Of a stretch of 64,000 nucleotides of DNA, positions 41,326-53,125 are shown piece by piece (the first letter of the stretch is position 1; each line of letters begins with the position of its first letter). The position numbers and the translations under genes are program-made. The notes beneath the pieces are model-generated. The model did no database searches. It was not told the origin of the DNA and saw nothing but the letters and a program-made list of their open reading frames with translations. Source of the stretch: Antedon mediterranea (lineage: Eukaryota; Animalia; Echinodermata); assembly GCF_964355755.1 (NCBI RefSeq), contig NC_092679.1, positions 3,378,201-3,442,200 of the forward strand. Direction: 5' to 3'.

Positions 41326-44300
41326 CTAGCTAAAATCCATAGCGTCCATAAATTTGGCAGGGAAGAAAAACAGGCCACTAAAGGCTTCCTGGAGGGCTCG
41401 TTGGCAGGCCAAACGGTGAGTGTATCCACCAGCTAAACTGGTAGGCGTGGCTGAGCGTACATTTTCCATAAACCTACAAATAGAGAAGATAATTATTAAA
41501 TGAACAAATAGAAGAGGATCATACAGAATAAAACAAAATGTTTCTCTGTTCTGTGAAAGATTATAATTTATATTTATATTGTTGCTACATGTGTTATTGT
41601 TTATTGTAAATGTTTATTCTTATGGTGTTTTTATCCTTAAGGGTCACAATGGAAATAAGTTTGACCTTTGGTTACTTTTTTGTGTTACCCTGAATTCATT
41701 CTTTGTATTTTTTATGTTGTGTTATTTTATGAATTCGAATAAAGAAATGAAAAAAAAAAAAACTGTTTTTAAACAATTAAAAATGACCTATTACTTGCTT
41801 CAATCCTGACCTAGTGCCATTCTACTGTGCCGGAATATGGTAGCAATATGACGGGGGGGGGGGGGGGAAGGAACACTCAATACAAACCCTTCAGTTTCAA
41901 TCTCCTCTGGATCTGGTGGCGCTGGGCCAAGAAAATCTACCTCTTCTTGTTCATACACATAAAGAGGCTCTTTGACTTGTGTAATAGGCATGAAGTCAGT
42001 CTGGAAACCACCACCCTGATAAAACAAACCATCTTGAAATTTAAGATAATTACCTAAATAATCAGTTGTTTTTTCTCTTTTGTGGGGAAAACCCACATTT
42101 ACTTCCAATTTCAATAATGTCTAAAAAGATAGTTAGTTAGAAAGTAAAATAAAGAAAATAATCATATTTTTGTGGTTGCTTGTGGAAAGTTTTCTCGGAT
42201 TTTAATTTAAAATATTTTGAGAAAAAATCCTAATATAGGTACAGTATAAGTAGAGACTGACCTCAAAATGGTGTTTATATTTTTATGATTGGAATAAGAT
42301 ACATGAAACATATATAACACAATCTAGAAATTTATATCAATATTACCAGTTTTGCTCCAGTTGAGAATTGAGTAACTGGTTTTTTGACGGCCTTTTCACT
42401 TTCTATCCTAGCCATGTGTGAACTTATAACTTGGGATGCTGGCATTTTGGAATATGTCTGAAAAAAATATTATAACAATAATTTGAAAAGGTGTAAACCA
42501 AAGATTCGAACCTGATTTTGTACAGTTTTCTAATACACTTCCAATGTGGACTATCAAACTATGTGACAAAAAAATGTGATGTGCCCATATATGGACACGA
42601 TGATGTCATATCACTACCATATTTGGGTATATCACTACCATATTTGGGAAAATCAAACTTTTAATAGTTTGATAGTGTAGACAGAGGTTAATACAATTAA
42701 AAGTAGGTTTGAAACCTAGCATATGGTAGCATCTATTAATAGGTTTAAATTTAGTTAAATTTTTTACCAATTTTGTAAAACTCACAAGTTCATTAAGTAA
42801 TGCCTCTTTGCTTTTTTTCTTTGTATTTTTTTCTGAAATTTCAATTTCTGCAAGTCGTTGATTTCTTTCAACCTCTTCAACTTTCTCTTGTTCCACAAGA
42901 AAGTTTAATTCTGTAATATCTCTGCTCTGAAAAAAAGATAAAACAATACTCAAACTAGTTTGACAAAAAGAGTGTGATGTGCCCAAATATGGTAGTGATA
43001 TGACATCACCATGTCTATATATGGGCACATTACATTCCATTTGTCACATAAAGTTTGATACTGTTTAGTGAAAAGTAAAGTTAAAGCTAGCTAGTTTTTA
43101 AAAAACACTTACATATTTTGTACGATTCTTTGATATTAATTCTTTGTTCTCCCGCCTGTATGCTTCCACTTGCTTTTTAGTATTTTCGGTATCAATTCCA
43201 TTTACTAAGTTATAAACTTTAAAATAAATGAAATATAGTTTGGTGGTAGTATTATTGGAAATTATCACTTGTTTTTACTATTTTTTACTTTTAAACTTTG
43301 TAACTGGACCATTTTAAAAAGCAGTACAGTACTACGTTACTGAAAATTCAATCCAGTTAAAAGAAATAATAAATAGACAAATGGAAGATTTTTTAATGAT
43401 TCAACTACAATAAAAAAGGTGGGTGATACATACAAAAGAGTATTAATTAAAACAGCAACAACTTACTAATAGTTTCAACCATTTCCAAATAGTCATTGTA
43501 TTCTCTTAGATCATCAAAGTCATCTTCTTGTTTATTAAAACTAAAGAAATAAGTTTTGAGAGAATTTCAGTCACATGTTCCCCAATTAAAATGTCTCAAT
43601 CAAACAAAAACTTGGTATCTAAGTACAAAAAATGACATTAAAGTAAAACCTAGCAGCTAGACATTCCATAAAGATGTTCTAAATTGACCAATATGGCATT
43701 TGTAGCACTTTCATGTTTGTTACACACCACTTATTTTGGGTCAGTCTAATTACCGAAAACAAAAGAAAACAACCGAAAACAAACCGAAAACAAAATAAAA
43801 AAATCTAAATACCGAAAACAAATTTGTATAATATTTTATGTCACCCTCTACTGATTGGTGTTTCTAAAGCTAAGACCATGCAGAGAGAAAACCGCACGCA
43901 CAAAAGCCAAGGAAGACCCTACGAAATGGTAGTGTTCATAAAATACAACTAAAAATCGTACAAATTCAATGATATACACCGTAGACTACATTTTACTTAC
44001 AAAACAAAACAGCATGATTTTACCTAACATTGCATTTTCATCACTTAAGTTAATTCTGAAGTGAATAAGGATACAAACATTACTCAACTACGGTAATTTT
44101 ATTGTGAATCCTTTATCGTGAGCTTGTTTTAAGTATACTTTATAGTCCCTAATACTATCAATATTCTTAAAATATCATTTTTGTATTATTATCTTTGAAA
44201 ATCTATAATTAAATTATGGAGGTATGAAAATAGATACCTCTATGATTAAATTGATCATGATTAATTATAGTCAATCTACTTTCTATTGACTATGAATTAA

Positions 44301-45318
44301 CATATTCACAATTAATGTGAGGAGTGTGCTAAATGCGTTGGTTTCTGGATCAAAAATCGAAATATTTTTATAGATTCTGTAAGTAAATGCGATGTTATCA
44401 TTGATTGTACGATTTTTAGTTGTATTTTGTGCACAATACCATTACGTAGGGTCTTCCTTGGATTTTACGCACGCGGTCTTCTCTCTGTCAGGTCATGGTC
44501 TTAGCTCTAGAAACACCCATCAGTAAAGGGCGACATTAAAAAAAATTATACAAATTTGTTTTCGGTATTTAGAATATTCTATTTTATTTTAGGTTTGTTT
44601 TAGGTTTGTTTTCGGTAATTAGACTGACCGCTTATTTTAAATACAGCCTGAAATTCAAACATACTCTTTTAGAATTCTTCTCCTAATATCAATATCTTTT
44701 TCGATAGCAGCATCTTCAAAGTGCTGAAGTCGGAATTGATTACGTCTGAGGGCCGTGTTACACTGCGGGCACACTCCAGACTGACGGGAAAACAACAATG
44801 AAACACAGTTTTCACATCTAAAAAATTAATATTATATCATTGGCATATTTATTAATAGGACAAATTATTTTTCATTATTAATATTACTAGGCTAGTTAGG
44901 AAAACAACTGAAACAGGAATAATAATTAATATAATATTAATTTAAAACATTTCTAATTCTATAAATAAGTTGCAGAATTACTAATATAATACTAGGAAGA
45001 CTACTACTTCCTGTGTCCCGGGCCTAGAGTTATACCATTATACTACTAGCATAGCTAGGCCTACTAGATAAGCCCAGTAGGGTCTAGGTCTAGCTAATAA
45101 GCTCACTAAGGCCTGCCTAGTAGGCTAGGCTTGCTAGGCCATAGCCTAGCCTACTTTGTTTGGTAGAGTAGAAACGCACAAGAAGTAGGTAACAAGTGTA
45201 TCTGTACTACTCACAAAGAATGTCCACAGACATTTACCATCAACTTTAATGATGGGTTTAAATATTTTGTAGTTTTGCACCGAGGGCAACCCTTGGTTTG
45301 TTCAATTATATCAACCAT
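41326..45318 (-). CDS. MNAT1: CDK-activating kinase assembly factor MAT1, 8 exons, 320 aa
   Basis: Exons 45318-45215, 44817-44665, 43540-43467, 43216-43113, 42926-42786, 42457-42347, 42015-41888, 41473-41326. All junctions are GT-AG with consistent phases, total 963 nt. N-terminal RING ([30 protein letters not shown]...CPQC), [30 protein letters not shown] and C-terminal [22 protein letters not shown] are MAT1 signatures. Confidence 0.95.
42548..42688. mobile_element. MITE family A copy in MNAT1 intron 5
   Basis: GTGATGTGCCCATATATGGAC, ATCACTACCATATTTGGG x2 and right TIR. Confidence 0.8.
42950..43063. mobile_element. MITE family A copy in MNAT1 intron 4 (opposite orientation to 42548-42688)
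   Basis: CAAACTAGTTTGAC ... GTCACATAAAGTTTGATA. Confidence 0.8.
43738..44630. mobile_element. 893 bp non-autonomous DNA transposon with ~240 bp TIRs and 8 bp TSD, in MNAT1 intron 2
   Basis: Termini GGTCAGTCTAATTACCGAAAACAAA ... TTTGTTTTCGGTAATTAGACTGACC. Inverted homology covers ~43738-43975 against ~44395-44630. CTTATTTT is duplicated at 43730-43737 and 44631-44638. Confidence 0.9.
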
Positions 45319-45701
45319 TATGTATAAAAGACCAAAAACAAACAGCAAAAGAAAGATGGTTCATGTCACTTGATTGACGTCTCCTCTAAGCTCACTTTTT
45401 AAAAAGTTATTTTTGCCATGTGTCGTCTGCTGCTCTGCTGCCACCACAGTATACCAGATCAAAACAGACAACTATTACTGCAAAAACAAGGTTGAAAACA
45501 CAGAAAATATGTTAATAAATGATCTTTAATTTAGTTATTAAACTTTTTAACGACTTCTGTAATATTAATATATTATTAACATAAAATAATTTTTAATATT
45601 TTAAAGCGTATTATAATATAATTTAAAGAGTTAGTAGTTGATTGTAGGTCGCTTTTCATTGGTTTATCTGTCTTCAAGCCTTCTTAGTTCCCTAGTAAAC
45701 A
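45319..45701. promoter_or_regulatory. Compact bidirectional promoter region of MNAT1 and CFAP36
   Basis: Only 383 bp separate the two divergent ATGs. Contains TGATTGACGT (~45371) and GTTCCCTAGTAAACA just before the CFAP36 ATG. Confidence 0.7.
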
Positions 45702-48700
45702 ATGGCGTCAGAAGATTGGATTTCAGATACTATTGTAGGATTCCTGCATAGTCCAGTATGGACGGTTCCTATTATGACATTTATAGAAGAAAATTGTATT
45801 GGTATGTTTTAGTAAATAACTATGTATTTATATTGGTGTTAAATGTCTTTAAAATGGTATTAATGAAGAGTTGAATTTCGCAGGCTATCCCCGTCACGTC
45901 GTCGTCGTGTTGTTTGTTTGTGATGATAGGTTAAATCCATATATCGCCCTCTGTCTGCTCTCTGGTGAACCTTGTTGTAGGGTAGGCCTAGCTTACATTA
46001 TTATATTCCCGAAATTAACCAAACCGATTTGCTAATAAAAACCAATTTTGAAGAAAAAATAGCTAAAGGTCCTGATTGGGCATTATGATTATTTAATTAT
46101 AACTGTGAATGTATTAGTTAGTGTTAATTTTCATACAGTACTCAATCAACAAATAAATTGAAATTCATTTCATTATTATTATTTATAGTTTATTACACTG
46201 CACAGTAGCCCTAGGTCCTATTAATTATAACGCCGTTGCTAAAGATAATTACCGTACCTTTAGTTTTTAAAAGTATGGATACGGTACCGTATCTTTAGCC
46301 ATAATGTAATCATAAATACTTACTAATTATTGTTTTCAGTGTTTGATACATCTGAAGAGAACAAATTTGAATATACTGCAATACACAACAGATACAAACA
46401 ATTGGTAAATTTTTATTTCATATTTTATACTACTGTGTATATATAAATCCAAAGGCAAATTACTGAAAAAAATGACAATGCTGTGGGTATCAGTGGCTGG
46501 ATCTCAATGGAGATACAAAATAAAAGCGAAAAGCTAAATCAAAACGAGAAGAAAAACAGCCAGAAAAGTTAGCAGAGCTTTTGGGCAACACTAGCCCTCC
46601 ATCAGTGCAAGTGTATATATAAATATTCATAATAAATGTTACTGTAGCAAAAAATATTATATGGTGGAAATGTTGTGAGTGCGCCTTGTATATTTAAGAT
46701 TCCTTCTTTTTAAAATAATTTCTGTTAAAATAATTTCTGTTATGTCTTAGGTGGAATATCTTTTGGAAAGTTTCATTGAAGATCTTCAGATCGACGCAAC
46801 AGCATTTGTGAAGGCATGCCAGTCCACCGATCCTGAGGCATCAGAAACCACTGTGGTATTTTATAATATTAGCACGATTATTGATAAAACAATTTTGCAA
46901 ATTCAACAATGTTTACTTTGTTGCAATAAATGGATTTGATTGATTTATATTAGCACTGTTGCCACAGATTGACATCTTCATCAGTACTTCTATGAATGGA
47001 TGATTAGTTGGGAACATGATCGCTAGTTGGTCATACCCAGTACCGTTTTTATCGTATGATTAATCGGGAAACCACCTTGCGATATATATTGACATACATT
47101 TTAAGCTGGGACTTCTGTCTTACGAGCTACAGAGCCTCATTGTCTCTTTAGAAGCCCTAGACATTTTTTGTCAACCAAATAAATGAAATGAAATTTTAGG
47201 ACTTCTTCTGGTGCTTTAATTACATTCATCTTCTAATTAATAAGTCCTCTGGTGCTCTAATGAAATTGACACCTCAATTATAATTAAATAACTATGAATT
47301 TTTTGTATTTAGATTTTATTTGAGCAAGTAATGGCTGCAGATAACTTCCTTATATTCAAGACGATGATGGTGCAGAGAAATATTGAGTTAGAACTGCAGG
47401 CGCTTAGGATGATCCAGAAACGAAATGGTGTCATGCCTTCTGCCATGCGCCCTAGTAGACCGACAGATTGTGAACAGGCTTATGTAGATGATGAAGAGAT
47501 TTTGCAGAAAGTTATGAAGTAGGTTAAACAAATAAACATTTTGTAGGTTAAACAGTGAAAGAATTTTCAGATGAACAGGACTGCTTTCATTCTAATTTAA
47601 CTATGGATAATGGACTTGTAATGACAAATGACGCAACTCTAGGTGCGTCATTTGTCCTATGTGCGTCATACCTTATGAATACCATGATGCACCCCTGTAT
47701 CAAAAAAGTGACTTGCCTTTAGGTGACCATGATGCACCCATCGTGACCATGTTCAATATATGGTGGTGGTAAAGTGACGGATATTGACACACAATTGCTC
47801 ATTAATGTGATGTACCATTTAGGTTTTTTTACGCACCCATGCCTCAATACCTATTTGTAAATGACGCAACCATGACACACCTCTCCCGGTGGTCATATAG
47901 AGGGTCATACAATTGACAAGTGCATAACCAATGGTTAATATGATGCTTGTCTGATGCCAGAAAGTCTTAGATATAACATGGTTTCTATGCTCTATGTACA
48001 GCATTTTGTATGTGTGATGGTTATAATTGCTAATCTCAAATCCTAACAAAAAAGTTAAAATTAAATGTTTGTAGGCAGTCAGAAGCTGAGTATAAAAGGC
48101 AGCAAGCAGAGAAAACTGTCGATCAGAATCTCGACAAGGTCTTAGCAACAAGTAAAGAAGAGGCGGAACGATTGGAGAGAGAGAAAAAAAAAGAGGAGGA
48201 TATGATGAAAAAGGTGAGTTACTATTTGATATTACTACAACCAGTTGTTTTATTATATTATATTTTTATAATAGTAAATATATATTTGGTTGATTATTCC
48301 TAATGTATTTTGTTTTGTTTTCACTGTTTTTGTTATTTTATACCAGTTCCTGCACGAAGGTAATAACTATACTATTTCTTATTTTCAGCAGATTTTTTTT
48401 TTATTTTTTTATATGAATCCTAGTTTTGTAATAAGCTCTGTCGACATTATCAAACTAGTTTGACAAAAAAGGTGTGATGTGCCTAATTATGGTAGTGATA
48501 TGACATCATCATGTCCATATATGGGCACATCACATTTTTTGCCACATAAAGTTTGATAGTGTAGACAGAGCTTAACTTGTTTTAAAGCTCAGGTACAGGC
48601 ATGAATTTTAAATATAATATTTGGTTAATTGTACATAAATCAAATATTTGTAACAGAAATCGAGACGAAAAAACATGAATTTCCCTTAATATGGTCAAAT

Positions 48701-51700
48701 ACAAAATTTTGGCAAAATTTTCCATAAAAACCAGAAAGACTTTTTTTCAGTAGTTAGGTAGTTAACCTAATGTAATAACATGTCTGATGACTCCCTAGAC
48801 GGTGAAAAAATATGGTGGATATACAGTGGATAATTTTTGCCATAGCATGAAAATAAAAATCTGAAGTTGAATAAAAATATCAGAAATGTAATATTCAAGT
48901 TACATTACCTATATTTAGTCATCTGATAACATTTTTTACCACACCGTTTATTTTTCATAGCTTTTTAAAATGCCTCTCTATTTAAAAAATTTGTGTACAA
49001 AAGAATAGAGATTTTACTGTGTAATTTGAACTATCCCCCCACTGATAAGAAAATGCTTATTTTCAACAAGCTCGTGTAACACAAATAAAATCCCAAAAAA
49101 TTATGAAGCATAGGGGAAACTATAGATCGATAATTATTGGAATGTATGATCAATAGATATTTTTTGCCCGCACCTGGCCTTTAATATCCTATTAGCTGTT
49201 GATTGAAGTGGTTTTATTTCTATGTTGGTATTTTAAACTATCGGTTCTATATAGTCAGGAGTAATATACATTATTTTATATTCAAACCTTGTTTGTAAGG
49301 TAATAGAGAACAGTATAGAGGAACATACCAAGCAAAAATCAATTGAACAAATGGATACAGAAAATTTAGAAAAGGTATTCAGCATAGCATGCAATATTAA
49401 AATGCATGAGATTGGCTAACTGTACTATAATCAAACATAAGCTAGCATTTCTACTAGCTTTCTGCTGTGGTTTTCCTACCTTCCTAAACCTGAGTATTTG
49501 GTAAATGGTGGCTTTACCTACCAAATGAAAAATAAATTTTCTTATAACATGATAATTTTGAGCTAATAATTTGCTACTATAGATATAATAGTTTGCTGAT
49601 GCGAAATTAATCACTCTTTTTTATTTATTCTTTCATATCATCGAATTAATATTAGAAATTCTATTGCTATTTTTCTTATTTTTATATTATGTATGAACAA
49701 AGAACTAGATGGGCACTCAGAGAGCGCAAACCTCTGTCTATGAATATGAAAATTGAATGACGTGTTCCTGTACAGCTATGAAACCATCCTTTAAAATCTT
49801 ATGAAAATCGAGCAATAACTTTTTTGAGTAATCCTGCTAACTAACAAATAGAAACAAATAAGCTCACAAGTGATTGACAGCATTTAACCTCGCGTCATTC
49901 TAGCGGAGCTAATAACATCACATTTATTGAATTTTAATTAACAGTGATTAAAATCACTGTAGCCTGTAAAGCCCTGTCTACGTTATCAAACTAGTTTGAC
50001 CAAAAAAAAGTGTGATGTGCTCAAATATGGTAGTGATATGACATCATCATGTCCATATATGGGCACATTTTTTTTGTCACATAAAGTGTAATAGTGTAGA
50101 CAATGCTTTAGAATTTTTGCTATTACTCCATGCCAAAATTTGAAGAGACTTCAACTTTCATGGATACACATTGTTGGTTTTTGTCTACTATAGGTTCTTA
50201 AGATGTCTATCAGTGAACAGGAGATGATGATGGCAAAGACAACAGCAGCTCAGCAGACCTCTTTAAAAGACATTCCAGGTATCTCAACAAGTGAAAAGGT
50301 ATCCACTATTTAAAAAATCCTTGACAGAATCCCTATCCATGTCATCTCCTATGTATCACCTATGCACATTTTTCCAGGGGTGGTAATGCCATATAAACTG
50401 TTTTCATTGTGTAGTAAAAAGGGTATCTATAACAATAAACAAAAGCAAAACAATATACTATGTGTTGCTTATGTTTATGCTAACTTGTGTCATATTATTA
50501 ATTTCGCCAATTCAAATACAGTACAAAGTAAGACATAAAACAGCACAAAAGTAAATAAATGAGACAGGATCACCTAAAAGTTATAAATAAAAATAACCGT
50601 CGAGAGGCTCTCCACATAGAAATGCTTGTATAAAATGAATTACTTAAACAAAAAACGTGAACAACTTTGGGAAATTAACAAAATATTCATGCAGGACCTA
50701 TTACTAAATACTTATTGTTATTATCCGAACTACAGAAATCCAGTACTGAATTAAAGACAGGCAAATCAAGCTCAGGAATAAAACCAGAAGCAAGTTCTTC
50801 TAAGAGTTCACCAAGACAGCAGGTTGCACCAGGATCCAGTAAATCATCCGCATCTAGTAAATTGCCCACAACTAGCAAATCACCACCACCACTGTCAAGC
50901 AAATCAGCCCCTAGTAAAGTACAGAGTGGAAGCGATGCTGCTGCAAGTTGGTTGGACAGTGCTAGGGCTGAGGCAGCCAGTGAATCTACTAGGCCTGTGC
51001 ATACAGTAAGTTTCTATGCATGTTAAATGAAGGATTAGGCATAGTCAACTGTGCTGATTTGTAATCCTACTGTAATACACTTTCAAGTACATACGCGAAC
51101 CCCGAGTAATCTCGGAAGGAAAGTGTATTTCATGCTATTTGATTACTATGATTGGTCAGTTTGATACCAGGGCAATACATGCACGCTCAGTAAGAACTCG
51201 GAATATCTCAGAACAAAAACAGGCCTCTCATCAGTGTGTTTTTCTCCAGAGATTTCACAGGGGACCCGATTACTATGATTGGTCAATTTAATACCAGGGC
51301 AATACATGCACGCTCAGTAAGAACTCGGAATATCTCAGAACAAAAACAGGCCTCTCATCAGTGTGTTTTTCTCCAGAGATTTCACAGAGGACTTCTGGGG
51401 TTTTCCACAAAATTGTATTCACACTATGCAAACCTGGTTACAACTTGTTACATTATGCAGATGTGAAAAGGGTATAATTCACTGCATCTCTGTAATGTAA
51501 AATCGTTTGATTGATTTTAACAGTATAGCTCACAAGCATCTGATGCAGCAGAGTTGAAAAAACGAGAAGCCTACCTAAAGCAGCAACGTGACCAGCTAAT
51601 GGAGATGAAGAAGAAAGAACGTGAGAAATCGTTAAACAACTTCTCAAAGAAAGAACAGTCAAAAGCTAGGCCACAATCTTCCAGGGCTGCAAAGAATGCC

Positions 51701-52052
51701 ACAGCAGGTAAATGCATGTTATTAAACTTATCCTAGATAGTCTAAAGCTCTGTCTACACTATCAATTGTATGTGACAAAAAAATGTGATGTGCCCATATA
51801 TGGACATGATGATGTCATATCACTACTATTTTTGTCACATAAAGTTTGATAGTGTGGACAAGGCTGAGGCGGATTGACACCTCACATCCACCTATAGTAT
51901 GGTATTGTATTATAGTAAAGTACTAAACACTAAACAAACTATTTTTAGGTGACGTTAAAGTGAAAAGTGGTAACCAAGAATCCGAAGATAAGAAACTGAA
52001 GATGAGAATGGCGTTAGCAGAGCGTCTTAAACAGGAGGTCATTCAGAAATAG
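45702..52052 (+). CDS. CFAP36: Cilia- and flagella-associated protein 36 (CCDC104/BARTL1), 10 exons, ~450 aa
   Basis: Exons 45702-45801, 46340-46404, 46751-46855, 47313-47518, 48075-48213, 49300-49374, 50194-50298, 50736-51005, 51524-51707, 51949-52052. GT-AG, phase-consistent, 1353 nt. BART-like N-terminus (WISDTIVGFLHSPVWTVPIMTFIEENC...EENKFEYTAIHNRYKQLVE...AADNFLIFKTMMVQRNIELELQAL), ELKKREAYLKQQRDQLMEMKK and terminal LAERLKQEVI. Confidence 0.92.
46438..46613 (-). mobile_element. Penelope-like fragment, family 1, copy B (CFAP36 intron 2), with mutated hammerhead at 46569-46610
   Basis: Same sequence as 13111-13290, but the core reads CUGAUGG and AAAA instead of CUGAUGA and GAAA. Confidence 0.65.
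48434..48572. mobile_element. MITE family A copy in CFAP36 intron 5
   Basis: Both TIRs present. Confidence 0.85.
48586..49180. mobile_element. 595 bp TTAA-flanked Kolobok-like element in CFAP36 intron 5
   Basis: ttaa-AGCTCAGGTACAGGC ... GCCCGCACCTGGCCT-ttaa, an imperfect TIR. Confidence 0.6.
49970..50107. mobile_element. MITE family A copy in CFAP36 intron 6
   Basis: Both TIRs recognisable. Confidence 0.8.
51141..51388. repeat. Near-perfect ~127 bp tandem duplication in CFAP36 intron 8
   Basis: GATTACTATGATTGGTCA...CTCCAGAGATTTCACAG occurs twice in a row. Confidence 0.9.
51746..51865. mobile_element. MITE family A copy in CFAP36 intron 9
   Basis: Both TIRs recognisable; internally deleted. 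Confidence 0.8.
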
Positions 52053-53004
52053 CTGCAAAGAAGTTGTCGGGAAGTTGCAAATATCACTCGCTCTACTTAA
52101 TGATAATAATCTTTGAAACTACTTATATTTCATGGCAATTATATTGTATGTGTGAAAGTCAGAGAGTTTTGTTGGTACAAATGACACATTGGTACATGAA
52201 CTAGCCTGTAAATGATTTAAAAATAATAATATAATTTGATTGGTTATCTTTCTAAATCGACAGTAACATTAAAATAATGTTTATTTTAACAATTTAGTTT
52301 AGTTCCTTTATATGCAATGTTTAACTATAGTCAACAAATATTAAAAATTATGAAAATATTTTGAAAATATTAACTATTTTATTTAATAAAAACATGGACT
52401 TTATAGATGTATTTTATCAGATACTGTCTGATGTCACTAAGTATTATATTAAAATACTGTACATGAGGTTTTATATTTAAAATATTTATTGATATTTTTT
52501 AATTAATTATTTATTAATGAGTGAATAATGCGATATGTTTATGAAATACCTTGAATTCGTAGTTGTAACTATTTGTTGTAGATGTATAATTTTAAAAAAT
52601 ATATTTGTAGTTATTGTATGCAAAGTGTATGTACTTTCCATTTCCTAGAGGGATTTTTGGGCAAGTACGACGACCGATACCTACTGTATCCCCACTCAAG
52701 AAAATGAAATGTTTTTACAACAATATTTTGTCCTAAAATCTTTCCAAAAATGTACGCTTAATCACCATGATTAAATAGAAATTATGATTATTGTTTGAAA
52801 ATTGGTATTGTGTAAAACCTAGTGCTTATGTTGTCATTATAGTTGTACTGAATAAATATTAAAAGCAAAAGAGTCACTAGTTTGCTTTGAAAGAAGATAA
52901 CACTAGGTTGGTTGTTGTGTTTAAACCAGGGGGTTTGCACTTGAGGGGCACACTCCCTTTTTACAGCTAAAATGAAATTATAAACTACTTTTTTGATCAA
53001 GGCA

Positions 53005-53125
53005 ATCTAACAACAGGACACTGAGCTAGCATTGCCAAGATAGGAACTAGTAACAGTCCTTTGATCTTATGTCTGGCTGCAACAAATACCAAAAGTACTG
53101 TACTATGTACGTATTCTCCACAGCG
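53005..53125. repeat. 121 bp ungapped duplicate of the SMEK last-intron segment 56997-57117
   Basis: Hand alignment shows 12 mismatches over 121 nt, same orientation. Confidence 0.92.

Noticed and set aside
42606-43040. 144 aa ORF as a standalone gene
   Set aside because: It is MNAT1 exon 5 read through into flanking MITE sequence.
46950-46990. Minus-strand CTGATGA in CFAP36 intron 3
   Set aside because: GAAA box and stem II are missing; at best a heavily decayed relic.
48784-48810. CTGATGA...GAAA hammerhead-like spacing on the plus strand
   Set aside because: No convincing stem II, no UH cleavage site and no stem I.
50278-50284. Alternative donor CCAG|GTATCT in CFAP36 exon 7
   Set aside because: It gives phase 1, incompatible with the phase-0 acceptor at 50736; the donor after 50298 was preferred.
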